Part shown: piece after piece, positions 17,699 to 27,317 of the stretch
How the letters are laid out: each line of letters opens with the position of its first letter
Numbering within the stretch: position 1 is the first letter of the stretch
NCBI GenBank assembly: GCA_041645215.1
Contig: JBAZQK010000001.1
Span: 54,091-118,090, forward strand
Origin: Patescibacteria group bacterium
Lineage (GTDB): Bacteria > Patescibacteriota > Patescibacteriia > Veblenbacterales > UBA10138
Direction: 5' to 3'
DNA length: 64,000 nt
Notes under the pieces: model-generated
Told to the model about the DNA's origin: nothing
Databases searched by the model: none
What the model saw: only the letters and a program-made list of their open reading frames with translations
Program-made: the position numbers and the translations under genes

Positions 17699-18757
17699 TT
17701 ATTGGTCAAAGCCGACAAGTTCCGGTTCAAGTTCAATTTTGACTCCTAATTTTTTATAGGCGGTTTTAATTATTTGTTCCGCCAAGGCCATAACGTCGTT
17801 CGCGGTTGCCCGGCCGGTGTTGAGAATCACCAACGGTTGTTTGGGGTTGATTTGCGCCCCCCGGTTAGTTAGGCCCTTAAAGCCCAGAGTTTCAATCAAA
17901 AAGGCCGTTGGCACTTTGATTTGCTGACCGTTGACGAGCTTGGCTTTGTCTAATAATTTGGCCAGATCGTCAGGCGTGAATTCTTTTTTAAAACCAGCTT
18001 TTAATTTGTTGTATTGCGGCTTAGTCAAATATAAATTTTTAAAAAATGACCCGGCACTGCCGCCTCTGGCCCTGGTGGGAAAGGGGTATTTACGATTTCG
18101 GATGTTTATGACGGCGGTTCTGATTTCTCTTAGGTTTGGTCGTTGAGTAAAATGTTTTTTTAAATCACTGTAGCGCAAATCAGGTCGGCCGTTTTTTAGC
18201 AGTTGCATGGTTAGCTCCAGGATGATATAGCGCCCCTTGGCCGTAGAGTTAAAGATGCTGGTACGGTAGCCAAAGCGGCACTGTCGTGAATTTATTATCC
18301 GGATGTCGCTGGTCTGCAAATCAAATACTTTGACGGTTTTTAAAACCCGGCTTAACTCCTGGCCATAGGCGCCAATGTTTTGTACTACGGCCCCGCCGGC
18401 CCGGCCGGGTATATGGGAAAGATTTTCTATGCCCCACAATCGGTTTTTGACGGCGAACTTAACAACATCGTCCCACTTTTCGCCCGCCGCAATCTGCAGC
18501 CAGTACTGATTGTTGGGCCGGCGCTGTAATTGAATGCCCCGCAGCCGCAAGTTTATAACCAGGCCGTTAAAACCGGCGTCGCTGACAACAATATTGCTGC
18601 CCCCGCCCAACACCCAGAGTTTTAATTGTTTTTGGCGCGCCCAAGCCACGGCTTGATTTAAGGCCGACAATTTATTGATGGTGATAAAAAATTTGGCTCG
18701 GCCGCCGATTTTAAAGGTTGTTAAAGGTTTTAACGGTTTGTTTTTTATAATTTTCAT
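17699..18757 (-). CDS. murB: UDP-N-acetylenolpyruvoylglucosamine reductase.
   Basis: FKIGGRAKFFITINKLSALNQAVAWARQKQLKLWVLGGGSNIVVSDAGFNGLVINL is the FAD-binding N-terminus of MurB. 352 aa with a C-terminal extension. Confidence 0.85.
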   Translation of the reverse strand: MKIIKNKPLKPLTTFKIGGRAKFFITINKLSALNQAVAWARQKQLKLWVLGGGSNIVVSDAGFNGLVINLRLRGIQLQRRPNNQYWLQIAAGEKWDDVVKFAVKNRLWGIENLSHIPGRAGGAVVQNIGAYGQELSRVLKTVKVFDLQTSDIRIINSRQCRFGYRTSIFNSTAKGRYIILELTMQLLKNGRPDLRYSDLKKHFTQRPNLREIRTAVINIRNRKYPFPTRARGGSAGSFFKNLYLTKPQYNKLKAGFKKEFTPDDLAKLLDKAKLVNGQQIKVPTAFLIETLGFKGLTNRGAQINPKQPLVILNTGRATANDVMALAEQIIKTAYKKLGVKIELEPELVGFDQ

Positions 18758-18892
18758 AATGTAGTTTGGCTTTTACCACGATTTCTTTCATACCTTTGAT
18801 TATATCAAACTAACAGTCCGGAGTCTCTCATTGTTAACATAAAACCCTCATTTGGAGAAGGGTTGAATGATGTCTCGTCAAACAAGGCAACC

Positions 18893-18970
18893 CGTATGAC
18901 GGGTTGGGGTGGCTAATGGGAATTGAACTCCCGTAATCGCTGCCACAGAGCGGTGTTCTACCATTGAACT
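18893..18970 (-). pseudogene. Degenerate partial copy of tRNA-His (D-arm to T-arm), overlapped by the stop-codon region of the Doc/Fic gene.
   Basis: ccgtaatcgctgccacagagcggtgttctaccattgaacta matches 21786-21826 of the intact tRNA-His apart from one substitution. The 5' acceptor is replaced and the last codons of the Doc/Fic ORF (RRLVQW*) are encoded within the D-arm sequence. Confidence 0.5.
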
Positions 18971-19377
18971 AACCGGCGTTTAATGAATTTTTCTATGTAT
19001 TTTACAGTTTCGTCTTTGGCTTCAGCCGGGCCTTGGGCTACCCAGAGAGCAAAATTATAAAGTTCGGTTTTGTCGGCTTTTAACCACTTGCCGTTTAAAT
19101 ACAAAAAAACCAACAAGGCAGTGACGGCTATTCGCTTATTGCCGTTTTGAAAAGGATGGTTTTTATTTAACAAATAAAATAGCATGGCCGCCTTGCTGAT
19201 TAGGCCATGGTAAAGATATTTTTTATCAAACTTTTGCCAAGGAACAGTCAGGCAGCTTTCCAAAACATTCGGATATCTGGTTGCAAAAGGCGGAATCGGT
19301 TCGTCCCAATTCATGGTTTTGGTGGTCAGGGTGTGGGCGGTGTATTTGATCATTTCCACTGAAATATTCTTAATCAT
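18958..19377 (-). CDS. Fic/Doc-family protein (death-on-curing type toxin/AMPylase-phosphotransferase fold).
   Basis: HPFQNGNKRIAVTA matches the Doc/Fic motif HxFx(D/N)GNKR. 139 aa. Confidence 0.7.
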   Translation of the reverse strand: MIKNISVEMIKYTAHTLTTKTMNWDEPIPPFATRYPNVLESCLTVPWQKFDKKYLYHGLISKAAMLFYLLNKNHPFQNGNKRIAVTALLVFLYLNGKWLKADKTELYNFALWVAQGPAEAKDETVKYIEKFIKRRLVQW

Positions 19378-19380
19378 AAA

Positions 19381-19644
19381 CTATTCCTTCCCCAGCTTTT
19401 TTAGAACCTCGCCGTATTGTTTAATAACCTCAACCACGCCGCTGTCAATTTCTTTTTTTACCCTATCGGTTAATTTGGTAGTTAAAAAATCTTTAATGTC
19501 CTCTTTTTTAATAATATAATTACGCCCCACCTTTTCACCTTTGATTTGGCCGCTTTTAACTTTTTTAAAAATAGTAACGCGGCTCGTCCTCGCGAGGTCA
19601 GCTAATTCTTTGACAGAATAGTATTGTTTTTGAGTTTTTTCCAT
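19381..19644 (-). CDS. Small HTH DNA-binding protein (excisionase/MerR-like HTH_17), the likely partner or antitoxin-regulator of the Doc/Fic gene.
   Basis: YYSVKELADLARTSRVTIFKKVKSGQIKGEKVGRNYIIKKEDI. 87 aa, 3 nt upstream of the Doc/Fic gene in the same orientation. Confidence 0.55.
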   Translation of the reverse strand: MEKTQKQYYSVKELADLARTSRVTIFKKVKSGQIKGEKVGRNYIIKKEDIKDFLTTKLTDRVKKEIDSGVVEVIKQYGEVLKKLGKE

Positions 19645-19649
19645 ATATT

Positions 19650-19710
19650 GCGTTAACCTTATATTATTATGTTAACATATGTTAACAAACTAGTCAACAG
19701 TTAACAAAAT
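19650..19710. promoter_or_regulatory. Cluster of four GTTAAC palindromes immediately upstream of the HTH-Doc operon, a candidate operator.
   Basis: cgttaacc ... atgttaacatatgttaacaaactagtcaacagttaacaaaa. Confidence 0.35.
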
Positions 19711-20023
19711 ATCTAATTAAAACACAAAGCATTAATCATTCACGTTAAAAATTGGGAAGCTTGATTAAACAGCTTATTCCAAACAAAAAATTCTCCTTTG
19801 GGGGAGAGATTGTCTAATGGGTGGCTGAACGAATAGAAGTGGAAAACTTTATTGAAGTTTGGAACGTTGGTATTGACAGAAATATAAAAATAGTCTACAG
19901 TTATTTGTTCTTTAACAAAAGTTGTTTTTACTGATTTATAAATAAGTGGTGATCTGAGTTGTTTATTTATAATTTAGTAAAAACAACTAAATAATATCTA
20001 TCCACAAAAATAGGAGTACAACA

Positions 20024-20893
20024 GTGAAACACAAATTATGGTTTCTGTTTTTTGTTTTGTTTTTATCCAGTTGCTCGACAACGGACGAGCCAGATTATAC
20101 AAAGCAGTTACCACTATTAAAGGGTCATATGAATGACTATGCTGATTTGTTCAGTCAGTCAACCAGAGACTCTTTGGAAAAGCAGTTAAAACTATATGAA
20201 GAACAAACATCCAATCAAATAGTTATTCTTAGTGTTCCTTCTATAGGAGAAAAGACTATTGAAGAATATTCTTATTGGGTGGCCGAATCATGGAAGATTG
20301 GTCAAAAAGGAAAAGACAACGGTATTTTAATTACTGTTGCCAAGGAAGAAAAAAAAGTTCGCATTGAGGTAGGTTATGGTTTGGAGGGAGCCTTACCTGA
20401 TGGCCGCTGTTGGTACATTATAAAAAGTCGTTTTCTTTCTGAGGTCAGCGGTAAATATAAAGATTTTGATAAGGCCATTGAGCAAACCGTAGAAGCAATA
20501 CAGCTCAGCATAGCCGGAGAATTCTCAGCAGTAGAGAAGAAAGTTGAGGACAAAGAAAATTCTTTATGGTTTATAGGAGCTCTTATTATAGCAGCTGCCT
20601 TAGCTGGATTTATTGGGTTACTCTTGGATAAAACAATAGTCAGTAGTGTGGCCACAGCTATAGTCTATCCTTTAGTTTGGTTAGCCTTCTGGCCGCCAGA
20701 CGCACTGGTACTTATTGGTTTAATAGCCTTGGGTGCTCTGATTGGTTTTATAGCCAGGTATTTTATTGAAGCAGGTTTAGAAGGTAGTGGTGGAAGTAGT
20801 GGCGGGGGCTATTATGGTGGTGGTAGCAGTAGTAGCGGTTTCTTTGGTGGTGGCGGTAGTTTTGGCGGCGGCGGTGCCAGTGGTGGTTGGTAA
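20024..20893 (+). CDS. TPM-domain lipoprotein (YgcG/TLP18.3 phosphatase-like) with a C-terminal TM segment and Gly-rich tail.
   Basis: Lipobox LSSCST. ...NGILITVAKEEKKVRIEVGYGLEGALPD... is the TPM signature. The C-terminus ends in a GGSSGGGYYGGGSSSSGFFGGGGSFGGGGASGGW tail. Confidence 0.7.
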   Translation: MKHKLWFLFFVLFLSSCSTTDEPDYTKQLPLLKGHMNDYADLFSQSTRDSLEKQLKLYEEQTSNQIVILSVPSIGEKTIEEYSYWVAESWKIGQKGKDNGILITVAKEEKKVRIEVGYGLEGALPDGRCWYIIKSRFLSEVSGKYKDFDKAIEQTVEAIQLSIAGEFSAVEKKVEDKENSLWFIGALIIAAALAGFIGLLLDKTIVSSVATAIVYPLVWLAFWPPDALVLIGLIALGALIGFIARYFIEAGLEGSGGSSGGGYYGGGSSSSGFFGGGGSFGGGGASGGW

Positions 20894-20921
20894 TTAAATT
20901 CAAATAAAAAAGGAAATTAAG

Positions 20922-21569
20922 ATGAAACTCACAAAAGAAGATAAAAAAATTATTTTTCAGGCGGTACAAAGGAATGAGGCTTTTACCTCAGCAGAAATCG
21001 CTTGGTGCATAACAGGCAGGTCCAGTTCGTATACCGACGCAGCTTTAATCTGGGGTATTGTATTGGTCGCATTTGGGATTGTGCTCCAATTAGTTATGGA
21101 ATTGAGTGGAAGTTGGGACGGCGATGCGACTTTGTCGTTGGTGGAATCGGTTGTGTTGTTCGCGGTTGGTTTACTAGTTGCTAAAATTCCAAGTTGCCGT
21201 CGATTAGTGATAGATAAAAATAGAATGAGAAGGCAGGTAATTGAACGAGCTCAGGCTAGTTTTTATAGAGGAGGTGTTCAATTAACGAAGGGTCACAATG
21301 GTGTGCTGGTTTTCGTCAGCGTCTTTGAGCGTTTGATTATTATCATTGCGGATAAAGCTATTGATGATGTTGGAGTTTTAAAAGAATTTATTAAAGTGGT
21401 AAATAGCGAAAACCCAGATAAAAAATCATGGGGTAATAAAAACACTGTTATTCAAAAGTGTATCAATCACATTGATGCTCTAGGGGTAATATGCGGTTCT
21501 AAATTACCTCGCCAGGTTGGTGATGTGAATGAGTTGTCCGACGATGGATTAAATGAAAAAGAGGTATAA
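20922..21569 (+). CDS. Divergent TPM-like membrane protein.
   Basis: HNGVLVFVSVFERLIIIIADKAID parallels the NGILITVAKEEKKVRIEVGYG block of the upstream TPM protein. An N-terminal TM helix is present. Confidence 0.35.
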   Translation: MKLTKEDKKIIFQAVQRNEAFTSAEIAWCITGRSSSYTDAALIWGIVLVAFGIVLQLVMELSGSWDGDATLSLVESVVLFAVGLLVAKIPSCRRLVIDKNRMRRQVIERAQASFYRGGVQLTKGHNGVLVFVSVFERLIIIIADKAIDDVGVLKEFIKVVNSENPDKKSWGNKNTVIQKCINHIDALGVICGSKLPRQVGDVNELSDDGLNEKEV

Positions 21570-21752
21570 AATAATATTATATAAGTGAAATTTCCTAGAG
21601 TCTGCTATTTATAGCGGACTCTCTTTTATTTTGGCAACTTAACAAGAGTTTGCCGTCTCAGGGTGGGGTACGAATTTTGTTAAAAATTGGGAAACTCAAT
21701 TCAGTAGCTTACCTAAAACAAAAAACTCTCTCTTGAAGGAGAGATTTTTCGA

Positions 21753-21827
21753 TGGGGTGAGTGAGGGGAATCGAACCCCCGTAACCGCTGCCACAGAGCG
21801 GTGTTCTACCATTGAACTACACCCACC
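21753..21827 (-). tRNA. tRNA-His(GTG) with G-1 and an encoded CCA.
   Basis: The reverse complement is G-GTGGGTGTAGTTCAATGGTAGAACACCGCTCTGTGGCAGCGGTTACGGGGGTTCGATTCCCCTCACTCACCCCA, anticodon loop CTGTGGC. Confidence 0.85.
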
Positions 21828-22043
21828 ATATATTGTTCTTTAAAAAAACTCTTGCACAAACATGACAAGAGGATAATTCGCCCGCTGTGCCAAGTTTAAG
21901 CAGTATAGGTTAAAGTGTATTAACAAGTCAATCATCCGGTCTATAAGATTTTGGATTAGCGCTGATGATTTACCGGCCGTTAATTTAAAAAACCACTGCT
22001 GAACAAAAAACAGTGGTTTTTTAAAAGTACAACAAAACAAAAG

Positions 22044-23351
22044 TTACTGGGCGTTATTAGTTACAATTGAACTGGCTTGGGCGTTGTCAATTACCGATAT
22101 CCAGATTTTACCGGGATTAAGAATTAACGGTTGACCGCTAGAGTCTTGCCAGTCAAAGAAACTGTCGCTATCGGTTTTAGTCCATTGGCCCTGATACATT
22201 TGACCGTTGGCAAAAAGCAATAACTGGCCGCTACCGGTTGTCTGTATATCAACCCGTTTCAAGGCGTCGTTAGGATAAGGGGTAATTTTGGTGAATAGGA
22301 CAATCACGTTTTTTATAGCCGGAGCCGTATTAGTCGCGCTATCAAATTGAGTGGTGCCGCCGGTGGTGCGAGCGTAGGTGTCTGTAACCGATTGATAAGT
22401 GTAAACCACTTGGTATTCCGACGGTTGATAAGGAATGGTGATATTGAGCACGGGCTTGCCCGTCGGCAAATCCTTGTTAAAATTTAATTTTGGGACGGCG
22501 CCGGTCTGGCTCCAATTTTTATTAGCCGCGTAGTCCCAAAAGCGTTTAGCGGTAGTGAACAAGTTGTGCGGCGGTTTTTTAGAATCGTCGCGCGTGTAAG
22601 CGTCAGCATTAAAGAATTCATTAACGTCCTGAATATCACCATAACCCTTTTGCAATTGACTTAAAGCTTTTTCACTACCGCCGGAGTGGCTAAAGAAGGG
22701 CGCTAGCGGGCGAATCCAATCGTTAAAGAACGAGCGCGCGCTGCGGATAGGTCCGACTAATCCGGGCGGCAGTTCACTTTGGAACACGGTGACAAAGCGG
22801 GTGATGCCGCCTTCGGTGGGTGACTCAATCACCAAATCGGCGCTATTCAGGCCGGCTTGCGGACGAACCGTAGGAAAATTTTCTATGACAACGGCCCAGG
22901 GGCGGCGCTCCGCGTTAGCCGTAGTCGTGGCTAGGCCCGTCAAGGGAGCGACCGCGGTAAACTGTTCTACCGGTTTAAGTTTTTTGGGGGCGCGGTAAGA
23001 AATGTCGGCGGTTTGTAAACTATAATTATTGAAGTTTAAAAATACCACCAAACTACTAGTCAGTAAGATGGCAATTATACCAATGCCAAACCAAGCCAAC
23101 CAGCGCCAGTAAACCGCGTCTTGATCCGGTATTTTAATCGGCGCTTGGTAATCAACCAGTTGGGGCGCCGCTAAGTTATTAATTTCCTGATAATTAAATT
23201 TGCTGGCCGCCTCCCTAGCCGCCGTGGTTTTTTGGGCGCGGGAAGTTTCTTGACTGGTCGTTATTGGCTTGGTTGGCGCGCGACGGGGGCGGTGGACTGA
23301 TTTTGGTTTAAGGCTGTTGGGGCTAGCCTCCTGTCTAGCTTTGGTGGGCAT
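22044..23351 (-). CDS. DUF3048-domain protein (YerB-like) with a basic N-terminus and a TM anchor.
   Basis: RPWAVVIENFPTVRPQAGLNSADLVIESPTEGGITRFVTVFQS matches the DUF3048 core. Confidence 0.55.
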   Translation of the reverse strand: MPTKARQEASPNSLKPKSVHRPRRAPTKPITTSQETSRAQKTTAAREAASKFNYQEINNLAAPQLVDYQAPIKIPDQDAVYWRWLAWFGIGIIAILLTSSLVVFLNFNNYSLQTADISYRAPKKLKPVEQFTAVAPLTGLATTTANAERRPWAVVIENFPTVRPQAGLNSADLVIESPTEGGITRFVTVFQSELPPGLVGPIRSARSFFNDWIRPLAPFFSHSGGSEKALSQLQKGYGDIQDVNEFFNADAYTRDDSKKPPHNLFTTAKRFWDYAANKNWSQTGAVPKLNFNKDLPTGKPVLNITIPYQPSEYQVVYTYQSVTDTYARTTGGTTQFDSATNTAPAIKNVIVLFTKITPYPNDALKRVDIQTTGSGQLLLFANGQMYQGQWTKTDSDSFFDWQDSSGQPLILNPGKIWISVIDNAQASSIVTNNAQ

Positions 23352-23740
23352 AGGTTTTATGTTAATGGTATTTAAGATGCTTATAAACTTTATTATAGCG
23401 CGAAAATTGGCAATGTCTAAAATTTAATGATTCGGTTTTTTTATTCTACTACTACTTTTACCTTTTTATCTTTGCAGTATTCTTGAATTAGTCCGAACCC
23501 CAGTAGTACCCTGCTAAGCGGGGACACGGGGCATAGCGCATTTCACTCTGCCAGTTGGAGGGCGAGCCTGCCTGCCGGCAGGCAGGGAAGTCCCCCCGCG
23601 AAAATTCGGAAAGGCGGCGGAGCCGCACCGCTGACAATTTCAAGTTTTTCTTTGGCGACAAATTCTTAAAATTTAATTTATTTGAGAGTAAAGGTACAAC
23701 CGTATTTATCGTCGTGCCAATTGTAATTACATCAAACATT

Positions 23741-24277
23741 TTATTTTTTAATTAAAGCTGCTATAACGATTAAAATAATAAAAGGCGCAATAGTCCAGAT
23801 CGGTTGGAATATTATGTTAAGAATTTTTGAGGGGAATTTTATAGTGGGAAATATAAACCAAAATTTTTCTATTTTTGTCTGCTCTATAACCTCCCCTTTC
23901 ATTTTTAAAAGCCAAATGAGATCGGCGACTAAAATCAAATGATAAATACCTACCCACCAAAGCTCACTCTTTATAACCATGAGGGTGGCTACAACAAAAA
24001 TGGTACCGACAAAAATAAAGGACGGGAATACATAAAGAAACCATGGTAAATTTACCGCTCGCTTGAATTTCTCGCTCGTAGCCCAATGGCCTTGCCACTT
24101 TTGTATCGTTTCCGCGGGAACAAATTCATTCATTGGCGTTTTCTGAGATAATTCTTTCCATTGTGCCGCTTTATTCTTTCTTAAGATAAAAATAGCTACA
24201 CTTAAAAAGTTTTGATGCAAACCAAAAATTAACAGAAGAACTGAGATATTCATTAATATATTAAACAATGTATTCAT
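23741..24277 (-). CDS. Hypothetical membrane protein.
   Basis: 178 aa with four or five hydrophobic helices and no motif I recognise. Confidence 0.3.
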   Translation of the reverse strand: MNTLFNILMNISVLLLIFGLHQNFLSVAIFILRKNKAAQWKELSQKTPMNEFVPAETIQKWQGHWATSEKFKRAVNLPWFLYVFPSFIFVGTIFVVATLMVIKSELWWVGIYHLILVADLIWLLKMKGEVIEQTKIEKFWFIFPTIKFPSKILNIIFQPIWTIAPFIILIVIAALIKK

Positions 24278-24462
24278 ATTTTATAGTAAAATTAGTTTTC
24301 GACTTTATGATTAAAAATTTTTCTTTTTCTCCTTTCAAAACCGCCAATTCGTTTTTACCCCCAAAATTGAATACCAATTAGTCGCCGAGCCCCGCACCAG
24401 AACAAGTTCGGTGTGGGATAAACTCCACGAGGCGAACCAAAACTCTTTGACTTTTCCTGTCT

Positions 24463-24526
24463 GGTGCCTCGGGAGGAATTGAACCTACATCAGTGGCTTA
24501 GAAGTCCACAGTTCTATCTTCACCCC
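24463..24526 (-). pseudogene. Degenerate, D-arm-deleted copy of the adjacent tRNA-Arg.
   Basis: ggaggaattgaacctacatcagtggcttagaagtccacagttctatcttcacccc aligns with 24541-24600 of the intact gene with substitutions. The D-arm is missing and the acceptor strands are not complementary. Confidence 0.4.
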
Positions 24527-24534
24527 TTTATTTA

Positions 24535-24606
24535 TCCCCCCGAGAGGAATTGAACCTCTATACCCGGCTTAGAAGTCCGGAGTTCTATCCATTGAACTAC
24601 AGGGGG
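24535..24606 (-). tRNA. tRNA-Arg(TCT), flanked by an 18-nt perfect leader/trailer inverted repeat. There is an A-G mismatch at position 31-39.
   Basis: The reverse complement is CCCCCTG TA GTTCAATGGATAGAAC TCCGGACTTCTAAGCCGGG TATAGAGGTTCAATTCCTCTCGGGGGG A. The flanking cccctttatttatccccc (24523-24540) and gggggataaataaagggg (24603-24620) are exact reverse complements. Confidence 0.55.
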
Positions 24607-24714
24607 GATAAATAAAGGGGCAAGTTGTCCGCTCCGTCGTCGCTCCGTCATCGCTTCGCCAGATCTCGCAGAGCGACGACGGAGCGGGAAACTACGAGGG
24701 CATAGGGAAATGTA

Positions 24715-24850
24715 ACCCCAGTATATCAACTTCGCTAACAAAATTAGCGAGCGTGAGTCGAAAGACTGTTTAATAAATAAATGGTGATTTAACTTTGATT
24801 AATTTTACTGATTTTGTTAAGAGCGAGCTATAGCGAAGTAGTTATACTGG
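24715..24850. mobile_element. MITE-like element of family 'cccagtata' (copy 1 of 3), about 136 bp with terminal inverted repeats and no coding capacity.
   Basis: cccagtatatcaacttcgctaacaaaattagcgagc ... gagctatagcgaagtagttatactggg. Near-identical copies lie at 42279-42416 and, inverted, at 55338-55480. Confidence 0.5.
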
Positions 24851-24990
24851 GTAAAATTCAAAAATCTCCGCCCAAGGCGGATCTACCTAGGGTACGAAAA
24901 ATGTAAAATTATTTACAAATGTGTTTTATTTTTAAATTTGATAAGGGCTAATCAATTTTATTACTAATTTAAACTAAATTCAAGCTTATT

Positions 24991-25890
24991 TTAAGTGTAG
25001 CGTTTAGTGGTAATAATATTAGCGTGGCCCAGAGTTTGTTGGATATTTTTTATGGTGTTGCCTTGTTTTATAAGTTGATTGGCAAAAACGTGACGCAAGG
25101 TTGAGGGTGTAATTTTTTTATTCAGTCCAGCCGCCAAACGATAGTGTTTAATTATTCTTTGTAAGCTGCGAGGGGTTAAGGCAAAATTATGACGTTGCTT
25201 GCGCACGGGCGAGGTTTGAGCGCGATCATGACTAATGAATAAGGCTGGCTCGGTATCATGCCGCGCCTTTAGATAATTGTTTATAATATTTTTAATATTA
25301 GGCGGCAATGGTATTTGGCGTACCCGACCTTTAGTACGGCTGATCGTAATAAAATTTTCCTCCGCCTTAAGCGCGTTACGTTGCAGGTGGGACAATTCGG
25401 AAACTTTTAAACCCGCCGCCACCAATAAATTTAAAATCGCTAAGTCGCGTTTTTTTATTAATTCACTATCTTGGCTTTGTTCACAAAATTTAATCATTAA
25501 ATTAACCTCGGCCGCGCTGACCGCCGGTAAAATGATTGAACGCAGTCGCTTTAACGACAAGTTGGTATAGTCAGGCACCGGAATGCCGGTTTGTGACAGG
25601 TATTTTAAAAAAGCCCGCAGTCCGATTAAATAATAATTTTGCGTGGCCGGCGACAAGTTGTGCCCGCTATTGGAGGTGGATTGCTTAAGCCAGGCCTTAT
25701 AGTTTTCCAAGTGCTGGCCGGTGAGGTCGCTGGCTTTATCAAGTTTAACCCGGGCCTGGTCCGACCATTGCCGGAATTTATTCAGATAAATGCGGTAATT
25801 GGATGCCGACGATTGGCTCAACTGGCGCTTAAGTTTAAGCGTTTGCAGAAAATTGTTTATGGTTTCGTTTAAACCAGCCGGGTTCGCCAT
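24991..25890 (-). CDS. Tyrosine-type site-specific recombinase (phage-integrase/XerCD family).
   Basis: C-terminal ...TLRHVFANQLIKQGNTIKNIQQTLGHANIITTKRYT carries the R...H..R..Y catalytic tetrad. The N-terminal SAM-like domain reads YRIYLNKFRQWS. Confidence 0.8.
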   Translation of the reverse strand: MANPAGLNETINNFLQTLKLKRQLSQSSASNYRIYLNKFRQWSDQARVKLDKASDLTGQHLENYKAWLKQSTSNSGHNLSPATQNYYLIGLRAFLKYLSQTGIPVPDYTNLSLKRLRSIILPAVSAAEVNLMIKFCEQSQDSELIKKRDLAILNLLVAAGLKVSELSHLQRNALKAEENFITISRTKGRVRQIPLPPNIKNIINNYLKARHDTEPALFISHDRAQTSPVRKQRHNFALTPRSLQRIIKHYRLAAGLNKKITPSTLRHVFANQLIKQGNTIKNIQQTLGHANIITTKRYT

Positions 25891-26141
25891 AGTATTAATA
25901 TTTTACGACACTTGTCCTAAAGCGTCCAGTTTTTAGTACACCGCCAAAATTAAAAGTTGTTAGTACACCGCTGTTAGTACAACCGCTTGACATCTACGGC
26001 AAAATGAGCTAAGTTAGTAAGTTCTTTAACAAACGTTTACAATCATCTTTTTGGGCACATAAAATACTCAAAAAGATGGTTGTAAACAATACAGAAATAA
26101 CATAATTCCATAAAACACAAACTAATTTAGGAGATCTTACA

Positions 26142-27317
26142 ATGAAACTAGTAGCTAACAGTGAAGTCACCGGAAAGGCAACAGTCGCAATAAGGTGGTG
26201 TTTAAGTAAGGAGGAGGTCGCTACCTTACGTGAAAAAAAAATTACTGATCCTTATCTATTGTTCGTTATTGTTCATGATAAGGTAAACGTTGATCGTCAA
26301 TTGGTTCGCCTTAATCAAATAATGACATATCTATCCTTTAATCATCCGGGCAGTAACACTGTATTTGCCACAATTGTATGGCATGGTAGCAAAACAAAAT
26401 TAAAGGAATGGTGTCTGTACACTGATAAAGATGGAGATTGGAGAAACAAGTTTTATGACAGCGAAGCAGACATGTTGGTGGCAGGTGATTGGGGTGAAGT
26501 CCGGATAGATGTCGATGTATCACCGGAATTCTTTGCCAAGGAGCCGCCAGCGTGGGAAAAGCGATGGGTGAATTTGTGGTTTGAAAGGAAAATGCCGCGT
26601 CATCAATGCAAGTATCGTAAACGTCGCATGCTCGCTTATTCTATCCAACCGCCATTGGTATTGGCGTTTATCATATTTATTTCCCTGTTCCGTTTTCTCG
26701 CTGCAGTGTTTTGGATTTTATTCCGGACCAAGACTGAAGTCAATCTTAAACCAATTGTCCGACCATTTGAATACGATAGTAATGATGTGTGGTGGCAGGC
26801 TAAGACTGCACGTAATTTCTATGCGGAGAATAAGAACTACAAAGAGAGGTCTCGTCTTGTGTGGTTATATCATCCAGTAGTTATTATCCTTGCGTCAGCG
26901 CTACTTTTTATTAGTGACAGGACTTTCGGAGGTTTATTTTTAGCCTCGCATTTCTTTTCAGCCTGGTGGTTGTACATTTTACTGAGCCCTATTGCTATAA
27001 CCTTGGTAGTGTTTGTAGCATTCATTATTACCGTGGTTATTTTTAACTTTGTTAAGTTAATTGGCTTAGTGTTTGGAAAAACCTCTAAAGAGGAGAAACA
27101 AACTAAAAAAGAGGATAAACAAAAACGTAAAAAAGAAGCGGAACAAGCTGTAATTGAGACAAAGCTTGAATTGATTGAAAGCGATTTATTGCCACTTACA
27201 TGTGGCGAGGAACAATTGATTCCTGAACTCAAAGCTCTTCCTAAAGAAAAGCGGACCATTTATCTTCGTTTTCTGGATCTCAGATCAAAATTATGTAAAC
27301 CGTTTGCAGGAGCTTGA
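26142..27317 (+). CDS. Hypothetical protein with a soluble N-terminal domain, TM helices and a Lys/Glu-rich tail, lying in a low-GC segment.
   Basis: 391 aa. It is markedly more AT-rich than its neighbours and sits next to the recombinase gene. No motif I recognise. Confidence 0.35.
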   Translation: MKLVANSEVTGKATVAIRWCLSKEEVATLREKKITDPYLLFVIVHDKVNVDRQLVRLNQIMTYLSFNHPGSNTVFATIVWHGSKTKLKEWCLYTDKDGDWRNKFYDSEADMLVAGDWGEVRIDVDVSPEFFAKEPPAWEKRWVNLWFERKMPRHQCKYRKRRMLAYSIQPPLVLAFIIFISLFRFLAAVFWILFRTKTEVNLKPIVRPFEYDSNDVWWQAKTARNFYAENKNYKERSRLVWLYHPVVIILASALLFISDRTFGGLFLASHFFSAWWLYILLSPIAITLVVFVAFIITVVIFNFVKLIGLVFGKTSKEEKQTKKEDKQKRKKEAEQAVIETKLELIESDLLPLTCGEEQLIPELKALPKEKRTIYLRFLDLRSKLCKPFAGA

